Assembly (NCBI GenBank): GCA_030668805.1
Contig: DAOVEU010000001.1
Location: 1 to 24,438, forward strand
Direction of reading: 5' to 3'
Source of the DNA: Desulfobacterales bacterium
GTDB lineage: Bacteria > Desulfobacterota > Desulfobacteria > Desulfobacterales > C00003060
DNA: 24,438 bases
Under the pieces are notes generated by a model. That model had not been told where the DNA came from, did no database searches, and worked only from the letters and a program-made list of their open reading frames with translations. This document shows, in pieces, positions 18,537 to 24,438 of the stretch. Position 1 is the first letter of the stretch, and each line of letters starts with the position of its first letter. The position numbers were made by a program, and so were the translations under genes.

Positions 18537-19049
18537 ATGCACATAGCAAGTCTCCTGCGCCAGGTCGATCCTTTGATTCAAGCTATTGCAGGTTCGTACC
18601 GGGATACCATATCTTGCTATGATCACGAAGACTTAGTGCAGGAAGGCAGGCTCGTTGTATTGGAAGCCTTGAGGAGATACCTTAAGAAACACGTCGAAAT
18701 TAGCCCGGCGAGTATCTCGTCCTGGGTATTTATCGCCGTCAATAGTCGGCTCAAACAATTGGCAACCAATGGAACTAACATGGTTTCATGCGATGTATTT
18801 GATGAGGATAACAGTGGAGACAACGCCAATAGAGCAGCATGTGCCCAGCCGGATGCAGGTCTCTGCCGGCATGCTAATCATGTATGTGGGTTAACGCAAA
18901 ATAACGTTGTCACACCCTCGTTACAGGATTTTTTGACGACACGTGATGTGGCCGTCACTATTGACCGTACCACACAACGGGTAGTGCAGTTGCAGAAGGA
19001 TTTTATCAAAGACTGGGAACAGTGTTTGGAAAAGAAGGGAGGAAAATAA
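18537..19049 (+). CDS. Sigma-70 region-2-like protein lacking a recognisable region 4
   Basis: YDHEDLVQEGRLVVLEALRRY...SSWVFIAVNSRLKQL fits sigma region 2 (DLxQE, W). Start re-assigned to ATG 18537 because the first 57 codons of the track ORF overlap the Cys4 gene. Confidence 0.6.
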   Translation: MHIASLLRQVDPLIQAIAGSYRDTISCYDHEDLVQEGRLVVLEALRRYLKKHVEISPASISSWVFIAVNSRLKQLATNGTNMVSCDVFDEDNSGDNANRAACAQPDAGLCRHANHVCGLTQNNVVTPSLQDFLTTRDVAVTIDRTTQRVVQLQKDFIKDWEQCLEKKGGK

Positions 19050-19387
19050 TGGGAGAGGAGAGGGTAACTAGTGAACCTTCCCGGTGGGAGGTAATGGCAA
19101 GGGAGAGGAACGCCAGGGTGATTATGTGCAACACGCCTGACACGTATTGTCTTACCGATTTGGCAAGACACGCTGACAGGTGTGTACGCGCATTGCGGAA
19201 TCGTCTGCTGATTACTCTGTCGCCGGAGGAGGTGATTCCTCTATTGGAGGAGTACAAGGGCGTTGTTTTGAATCTCCATGAAGTGATCGAGAAAATGTGT
19301 GAAACCGCGGACCTGAATTATCGTGTCCCTCGTTCAGTGAAGCGGCTGCTTGATGGAAACGAAGGCGGAGACGAAAATAGTGAGTAG
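19049..19387 (+). CDS. Hypothetical helical protein (112 aa)
   Basis: TAATG stop/start overlap at 19047-19051 with a GGAGG RBS; protein-like composition. Confidence 0.65.
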   Translation: MGEERVTSEPSRWEVMARERNARVIMCNTPDTYCLTDLARHADRCVRALRNRLLITLSPEEVIPLLEEYKGVVLNLHEVIEKMCETADLNYRVPRSVKRLLDGNEGGDENSE

Positions 19388-19435
19388 CCTCTCGGTGAGC
19401 GGATGGGCTTGGTTGACTGATCATCTGGGCTCATA

Positions 19436-19741
19436 TTGGAAACCAACTTCCGGTTTCCTGTCTGGGCTGAACGCCCGGCTGTCTGCAATGTTATCTCGCA
19501 AAGCACTTCTCTCCGTCTGATATTCAATGGCGTGTCTGAATTGGTCGTGCAAGGCATCGATCGGACCAGCCAATTAAAAACGCTCTTGCCCCGCTTTCCA
19601 GGCTGGCACCGTCATGTTGGCAGGATTGATCAAGCTCTGTCTTTACGTGATTTGCATCACATTTCCTGCCCGGACTTTGTTCGCAAGGTGGAAGGAAGAA
19701 TGAATCAGAGATTGGATGAAAGGTTATGGAAGAATATCTGA
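19436..19741 (+). CDS. Hypothetical protein
   Basis: Fills the gap in a co-directional operon and overlaps the xis-like start. TTG start, no clear RBS or motif. Confidence 0.35.
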   Translation: METNFRFPVWAERPAVCNVISQSTSLRLIFNGVSELVVQGIDRTSQLKTLLPRFPGWHRHVGRIDQALSLRDLHHISCPDFVRKVEGRMNQRLDERLWKNI

Positions 19742-19956
19742 CAACAACTGAGCTTAGCCAACGCATCAAGATGGCTCCCGGAACCATCAGGAACCTCGTC
19801 TGGAAGAAAAGCCTAAAGGAAGGCATTCATTACATTAAGCCAACACCTAGAAAAATACTCTTTGTTTGGAGTACCGTTGAGAGTTGGCTTCACCGCGAAT
19901 CCAGCCCGGTTCACACCCGTATAAACATGCAGTCGAACAGCCTGATAAACATATGA
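19726..19956 (+). CDS. Excisionase/AlpA-like HTH protein (recombination directionality factor)
   Basis: YLTTTELSQRIKMAPGTIRNLV HTH, EGIHY.KP..RKILF wing, 76 aa, immediately upstream of the integrase. Confidence 0.78.
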   Translation: MEEYLTTTELSQRIKMAPGTIRNLVWKKSLKEGIHYIKPTPRKILFVWSTVESWLHRESSPVHTRINMQSNSLINI

Positions 19957-19966
19957 ATATCAGTAG

Positions 19967-19996
19967 TTGACACCATCTCGGCATCCGTGTTACCAC
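19967..19996 (+). promoter_or_regulatory. Candidate sigma-70 promoter for the integrase
   Basis: Perfect TTGACA (19967-19972), 18-bp spacer ending in TGn, weak -10 TACCAC (19991-19996). Confidence 0.3.
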
Positions 19997-20059
19997 TGCA
20001 TCCACGCTGACATCTGGACGGAAAGGAGGTGGTCGGAAAAGTGGAAAGGGGCGTTTCAT

Positions 20060-21388
20060 ATGCAACAAGCCAATGTAATAGAACTTCCAATTCAGCGGCA
20101 AGAAACCGATGTAAGAGTACGTGACCCGCTAAACGCCGGCAAAAAGGGCAGTGTTGTCAACCGCGGAGGAAAGCTTTGGGTAGATTTTTATTACCTCGAA
20201 AAAAGGGTCCGAGAGCCCTCAGGGCTTGATGACGTTCCGGCCAACCGGCTCCTGCTGAGGCGCCAGCTTGACCTTGTTGTGGCTGAAATTGAAAATGGTG
20301 TGTTCGAGTTCGCCAAAAGGTTCCCGCACAGCACAAGCAAAGACCGCTTTACCCGGCTGGAGGGAAAGGCTCTTAGGAAAGGCCCGGAAGACATAATCTT
20401 TGGAGATTACGCGAGGACGTGGTGGACGGAGATGGAGGGTGGAATGAGCGAGAGCCAGAGAAGGGATTACGATTCCATTCTAAGGAACCACCACCTCCCC
20501 TATTTCGGAGACAGGCCTTTTAGCGAATTCTGGTCACGGGTGAGGATGAAGAAGTTCATGGCACATCTTAAGAGCAAAACCAATGGCCGCAGCAGACCTC
20601 TTTCGGCCAAGCGCATCCACAATGTGATGATCCCATTAAGGGTGATTGTTGGGGATGCTATTGACGAGTATGGCTGGACGGATCTCGCCGACCCTTTTGC
20701 CAGGCTCAGGCTTCCAAAGATAACAAAAACCCGCGTGCGTCCTCTTAGTAGGGAAGAATTGGCGACCCTTATGGAGTTCATGCATGTCTGGTACAGGCCG
20801 TACTTTACGTTTGCGGTTCAAACTGGGCTACGACCCTCAGAGCAGGTTGCCCTAAAGTGGGAGGCCATTGACTCCGATTTCATCCACGTGGAGTTGAGCA
20901 GGGTGCGGAACCATGAAAAGCGGGACCTAAAAACACCCGAAAGCACACGCAAAATCGAAATACGGCCATCAATGAGGGATGTCCTGGAAATCCAGCGGGA
21001 CCTGACGGCGCATTTTGAAAGCGCCTACGTTTTTGTGAACGTGGAGGGCCGGCCTGTCATTCAGAATGTGGTTCGCGAGATCTGGGTCAGAGCCATGGAA
21101 AAGAGTGGCCTGCCCTTTAGGCGAATGTATGACACCAGACACACCTTTGCGTCGTGGGCCTTAGCTGCAGGAGAAACCCCTGACTGGGTAGCCCGTACCC
21201 TGGGACATACAAACACTTCCATGGTATTTCGGACGTATGCCCGTTACATCCCAAACCTGACCAGGCATGATGGTTCGGCCCTAGAAGCTCTTTTGGCGGG
21301 CACCACAAAAAAAGACAACCTGAGCATAGACACAATTTTGGACACAACCCAGGTTGCCCATGAGATAACTAATTGTTTTCCTGGCTAA
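20060..21388 (+). CDS. Tyrosine recombinase/integrase with N-terminal arm-binding domain
   Basis: Catalytic motifs TGLRPSE (R), DLKT (K), YDTRHT (R-H), LGH and RTYARY (Y). N-terminal GKLWVDFYY..KRVRE arm-binding region. Probable ATG 20060 with AAGGGG upstream. Stop lies 5 bp from the tRNA 3' end. Confidence 0.95.
   Translation: MQQANVIELPIQRQETDVRVRDPLNAGKKGSVVNRGGKLWVDFYYLEKRVREPSGLDDVPANRLLLRRQLDLVVAEIENGVFEFAKRFPHSTSKDRFTRLEGKALRKGPEDIIFGDYARTWWTEMEGGMSESQRRDYDSILRNHHLPYFGDRPFSEFWSRVRMKKFMAHLKSKTNGRSRPLSAKRIHNVMIPLRVIVGDAIDEYGWTDLADPFARLRLPKITKTRVRPLSREELATLMEFMHVWYRPYFTFAVQTGLRPSEQVALKWEAIDSDFIHVELSRVRNHEKRDLKTPESTRKIEIRPSMRDVLEIQRDLTAHFESAYVFVNVEGRPVIQNVVREIWVRAMEKSGLPFRRMYDTRHTFASWALAAGETPDWVARTLGHTNTSMVFRTYARYIPNLTRHDGSALEALLAGTTKKDNLSIDTILDTTQVAHEITNCFPG
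21329..21347 (+). repeat. Candidate integrase arm-type sites
   Basis: GACACAA-ttttg-GACACAA direct repeat (12-bp period) about 50 bp from the tRNA 3' end. Confidence 0.4.
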
Positions 21389-21393
21389 ATATA

Positions 21394-21480
21394 TGGTGCC
21401 GAAGGCGGGATTTGAACCCGCACGGGCGTAACCCACTGCCCCCTCAAGACAGCGTGTCTACCAGCTTCCACCACTTCGGC
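21394..21480 (-). tRNA. tRNA-Leu (anticodon GAG), CCA encoded
   Basis: Acceptor stem GCCGAAG/CTTCGGC+ACCA, anticodon arm CTGTC-TTGAGGG-GGCAG, long variable arm, GGGTTCAAATCCC T-arm; 87 nt. Confidence 0.97.
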
Positions 21481-21582
21481 ATAATGAACTTATTGACCAC
21501 TCGACTAAAGTCGCAGAAATTTCAATAGGTCATAGAAATTCTGAGACGTCTAGTTAGTGTCTGAACGAAAACTAGCCAAAAC

Positions 21583-21663
21583 TGTCATTTCGAGCGGAGC
21601 GAGAAATCTTATGGTATTGAAAATACATGCGTTAAAAGATTTCTCCCTTCAGTCGAAATGACA
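21583..21663. repeat. REP/MITE-like nested palindrome
   Basis: TGTCATTTCGA/TCGAAATGACA (11 bp) and GAGAAATCTT/AAGATTTCTC (10 bp) perfect arms; an outer TGAACGAAAAC / GTTTTCGGTCA pair matches 10/11. Confidence 0.8.
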
Positions 21664-21691
21664 AAAACAGAGGTTTTCGGTCAACCACAAA

Positions 21692-22141
21692 CTATCCTCC
21701 TCTGGGATTATCGCCATTGTCGTTGCCGTACTCGTCGAGGGCTTTTTGCAGGGCCTTCACGGACAGCCGGATGCAGTGCACTTTCTTCTCAGGCACTTCC
21801 TGCAAAATACGATAGATATCCCGGTCGTTGATCGTATGGGCCTGCGCAAGGGTCTTACCCTTGATCAGCTCCATGGCAACCATAGCCGAAGCCACCGCGC
21901 CGGGGCAGCCGAGGACCTGGACCCTGGCGTCTTTGATTCGTCCTTCGTCTACTTTGAGATAGACCTTCATCGTGTCGCCGCACGGACCAGTGAGTTCACT
22001 CACCTGGTCGGCGTCGGGCAGGCTGCCCATGTTGGGCTGATTCAGGTAGTAGTCGATGGCCTTGTGCGAGTATCCGGAACCGGAAAGCATCTCCCGGATG
22101 GCAGCCGTGTCTTGCATGTCAAAGGCATGATCGTCGTTCAT
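21692..22141 (-). CDS. IscU/NifU N-terminal-type Fe-S cluster scaffold protein
   Basis: NMGSL, GPCGDTMKVYL, GCPGAVAS, KVHCIRL (three conserved Cys). ATG 22141 has AGGAG upstream. Confidence 0.87.
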   Translation of the reverse strand: MNDDHAFDMQDTAAIREMLSGSGYSHKAIDYYLNQPNMGSLPDADQVSELTGPCGDTMKVYLKVDEGRIKDARVQVLGCPGAVASAMVAMELIKGKTLAQAHTINDRDIYRILQEVPEKKVHCIRLSVKALQKALDEYGNDNGDNPRGG

Positions 22142-22412
22142 CTTCGCTCTCCTGATAAAAAACCAGTAATAATTCACCGCCCACTCGCTACGCTCGTTCG
22201 AGCCGCAGAGGACGCAAAGGGGAAAGTCTTTTCCTTAATACTCAGTTGCAACCCAGAAATGTTCTTCTGAAGGTCAACGGATCACTTGCTCCGAAAAACG
22301 CTGCACAATACTAAAAATACGACTAAATGTCAAGTATGCATCGCACCCACATCCCGGTAGCGTCAAGGTAAGGCTTAACATAATGTTTTACAATGAAAAT
22401 TGCCTCATTCCT

Positions 22413-22640
22413 AAAATCCCCCCTCTTCGAGGCGTAGGCTCTACGAGCCGGAGGCTATCCCCCCTGGCCCAGACCGGGTTTTTCTTTCGGAGGCATTGTC
22501 CAACTTCTGTCGCGCCCCTGGCCCAGACCGGGTTGCGAAGCGGGATAGCCTCTTGCGACGATGTCGCGCCAGGGCGGGCAGGGCGGGCCCTTTATCAAAG
22601 AGGGGTACTTAAAAGTCCCCCTTTATCAAAGGGGGATTTT
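22413..22640. repeat. Composite nested palindromic repeat (REP/MITE-like)
   Basis: Terminal 10-bp inverted repeat AAAATCCCCC/GGGGGATTTT; 20-bp direct repeat CCCCTGGCCCAGACCGGGTT (22461, 22515); 11-bp inverted repeat GAGGCTATCCC/GGGATAGCCTC; CAGGGCGGG x2; CCCTTTATCAAAG x2. Confidence 0.75.
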
Positions 22641-22701
22641 TCTGCTTGCGCAATGTGACTTTGACGGAGCCTTGGGGTGCGGGCATTGAAGGTTGTTATT
22701 G

Positions 22702-22932
22702 TTGATAAAATGTGGTAACTGAAGAAAAAATAGTGGACAAAGTGCACATGTGTAAAACTGGTGTGATTCATGTGTGGCTTTACGTATTTATACACCATTT
22801 GATAAAATTGGCATTGAAGTAAATCAGTACAGAGGGGAGGATCTTATCCATTAGATTGAAAATGATGAATTTGGAAACATGATTAAGGATTTCTATAAGA
22901 GATATTGTGGATATTTCAATATGAAGTTCTAA
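22702..22932 (+). pseudogene. Decayed AT-rich reading frame ending in the attC R'' box (probable cassette remnant)
   Basis: One frame with internal stops: ...NWCDSCVALRIYTPFDKIGIEVNQYRGEDLIH*IENDEFGNMIKDFYKRYCGYFNMKF*. The final TAA is the TAA of TTCTAAC. Confidence 0.35.
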
Positions 22933-23001
22933 CAAGCCCTTGAACCCGAAATGGCTTTTCTGCTGCGCTCCAAGGCCAGCCGGTTAAGGACAGCGAAGCT
23001 C
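22927..23001 (+). other. Integron attC site with defective R' box
   Basis: R'' TTCTAAC, 5-bp spacer, L'' CTT(G)AACC, central imperfect stem, L' GGTTAAG (perfect complement apart from the extra base), 6-bp spacer, then GAAGCTC where GTTRRRY is expected. Confidence 0.75.
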
Positions 23002-23013
23002 AAAAGGAAAAAT

Positions 23014-23754
23014 ATGTCAGACGAAAAAATTGAAAAATTGGCCGTATTAATAGATGCAGACAATGCCCAACCCTCAATTATTGAAGGGCTACTATCGGAA
23101 ATTGCAAAGTATGGAACCGCCAATGTAAAAAGAATTTACGGTGACTGGACGCTACCCGGCCTTAAAGGGTGGAAGGAAGTTCTATTACAGTATTCAATTC
23201 AACCCATACAGCAATTTGGATATACAACAGGGAAAAATGCCACCGATAGTGCATTGATAATTGACGCAATGGATTTGCTTTACACGGGCAAATTCGACGG
23301 ATTTTGCATCGTGTCCAGCGATAGTGATTTCACTAAGTTAGCATCAAGGATAAGAGAAGCCGGTCTTCTTGTTTATGGATTTGGGGAGAGAAAAACTCCT
23401 AAAGCATTCGTTTCCGCATGTGATAAATTTGTATTCACTGAAGTGCTGCGCTCCAAGGATGACTATAGCGAGAAAATTAGTCGCAAAACAACTATCAAAC
23501 TTAAGAAAGACACAAAGCTTGTTAATTTATTAAGAAACGCTGTTGAAGCATCTTCGGACGATAGTGGTTGGGCTCATCTTGCATCCGTGGGTAGTAACAT
23601 TGCCAAGCAGACACCAGAGTTTGATCCACGAAACTATGGTTACAAAAAGTTGGGGGAACTTGTGGCAGCAACAAAACTATTCCAGATCGAAGAAAGAGCA
23701 GTGGGCGATGGCGCCTCAAAGGCTATTTATTTAAAGGATATGAGAAAGAAATAA
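23014..23754 (+). CDS. NYN (LabA/DUF88, PIN-like) domain protein with C-terminal OST-HTH/LOTUS domain
   Basis: LAVLIDADN, GKNATDSALIIDAMD, IVSSDSDF, ACDKF, and C-terminal GWAHLASVG...FDPRNYGYKKL. ATG 23014 has an AAGGA RBS, 19 bp after the attC crossover position. Confidence 0.9.
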   Translation: MSDEKIEKLAVLIDADNAQPSIIEGLLSEIAKYGTANVKRIYGDWTLPGLKGWKEVLLQYSIQPIQQFGYTTGKNATDSALIIDAMDLLYTGKFDGFCIVSSDSDFTKLASRIREAGLLVYGFGERKTPKAFVSACDKFVFTEVLRSKDDYSEKISRKTTIKLKKDTKLVNLLRNAVEASSDDSGWAHLASVGSNIAKQTPEFDPRNYGYKKLGELVAATKLFQIEERAVGDGASKAIYLKDMRKK

Positions 23755-23764
23755 AGAGACAAAC

Positions 23765-23784
23765 TTCTAACCACCGGCTGAACG
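23765..23784 (+). other. Left half (R''-L'') of a second attC site
   Basis: TTCTAAC-CACCG-GCTGAACG, 10 bp after the NYN stop, with the same 7/5/8 spacing as the first site. No matching L'/R' downstream. Confidence 0.5.
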
Positions 23785-23965
23785 ATATAAGGGAAAGAGA
23801 CCGATCGGTTTTTACCGTTGGGATATGGACTGCTTGATTGATGTACTCAGCATGGCGCTGGATGATCCAAAGGAATATCCAGACCGTAATAGTTCAGGCT
23901 ACGCTGCTCTAAAGAATTTACGGGAAAGACTCAAGTCGGAATATCAAAGGAATTTCGGAGAATGA
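23771..23965 (+). pseudogene. Probably 5'-truncated small hypothetical gene
   Basis: Open frame PPAERYKGKRPIGFYRWDMDCLIDVLSMALDDPKEYPDRNSSGYAALKNLRERLKSEYQRNFGE*. First ATG is at 23825. The stop overlaps the next ATG (ATGA). Confidence 0.4.
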
Positions 23966-24438
23966 GCTGTATCCTGGATATTGATCTGGACTATTTCAAC
24001 CTAATCGAGAATCCCGAGAAGCGGCTTCGAGAATTATTGGATTGGGGTAATCGGCGTATAGCTTTTATCGTTGAAAAGCATCACAAAGCTTTTTCCCGGT
24101 GGAAAGACCGTGTTAAAAGGGGCACTTTGACACCACCATCTCATATTTTACACGTTGACGAACATCACGACATGATGGACCAAAAGAGGAATACGAACAT
24201 TGCTAATTTCATGTATCACGCAATGCGAACGTGGAAAAGCTGCCGAGTTCACTGGATGGTAGATCACCCGATTGATTCCCCTGAAATGTGGCTTGACGAT
24301 GATGTGTGGGAGCTATTTGCCCAAAGATTTACTGTTGGTTCAAACCGCCCTCATGGATGGCCCAAGCCAGATCTAGTTTCTGTATGCACAAGTCCCAATT
24401 TCGTCAGCAATAAGTTACTTCAACGGCTCTTAGAAACT
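23962..24438 (+). CDS. Partial UPF0489-like (arginase/deacetylase-fold) protein, runs off right edge
   Basis: Manual translation MSCILDIDLDYFN...IVEKHHKAFSRW...ILHVDEHHDM...LVSVCTSPNF; 159 open codons to the window end. Confidence 0.7.
   Translation, partial: MSCILDIDLDYFNLIENPEKRLRELLDWGNRRIAFIVEKHHKAFSRWKDRVKRGTLTPPSHILHVDEHHDMMDQKRNTNIANFMYHAMRTWKSCRVHWMVDHPIDSPEMWLDDDVWELFAQRFTVGSNRPHGWPKPDLVSVCTSPNFVSNKLLQRLLET

Larger units (their letters stand above)
1..21393. mobile_element. Integrative element / genomic island at tRNA-Leu 3' end carrying the defence operon (left boundary outside window)
   Basis: xis-int abut the tRNA CCA end and the cargo is accessory defence genes. No second copy of the tRNA 3' end was seen by eye in the window, so the left extent is inferred. 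Confidence 0.65.

Noticed and set aside
19049-19387. Vague resemblance to ICE helical regulators (DUF1845/AcaB-like)
   Set aside because: No specific motif I can point to; needs a profile search.
22185-22232. CTCGCTACGCTCGTTCGAG...GCAGAGGACGCAAAG, REP- or attC-loop-like fragment
   Set aside because: No TAAC/GTT boxes or long arms, single copy in the window; too short to classify.
21746-22270. 174-aa plus-strand ORF
   Set aside because: Antisense shadow of the GC-rich IscU-like gene.
22383-22658. 91-aa ORF (IPKIPPL...KSPPLSKGDF)
   Set aside because: Translation of the palindromic composite repeat, not a credible gene.

Overview
Most of the window (1-21393) looks like the right part of an integrative element inserted at the 3' end of tRNA-Leu(GAG) (21394-21480, minus strand). 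The element has two divergent halves. The minus-strand half is a defence operon built on a type 3 BREX backbone (brxF, brxC/DUF6079-like ATPase, pglXI-like methyltransferase). Extra modules interrupt it: an ABC-ATPase + DUF4276/TOPRIM-like pair, two gene remnants inside degenerate repeats, a 1566-aa restriction-endonuclease-STAND NTPase (Avs/NLR-like), and a DUF262 + ATPase/DUF3696 + third-gene (Menshen-like) trio running off the left edge. The plus-strand half is a regulatory/excision operon (HTH protein, small Cys4 protein, sigma-region-2-only protein, two hypotheticals, Xis-like HTH, tyrosine integrase). Right of the tRNA are an IscU/NifU-N scaffold gene, several palindromic REP/MITE-like repeats, a decayed integron-type cassette array (one attC with a broken R' box, an NYN-domain cassette, a half attC) and a UPF0489-like gene cut by the right edge. 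All family calls come from motif recognition by eye; no database searches were run.
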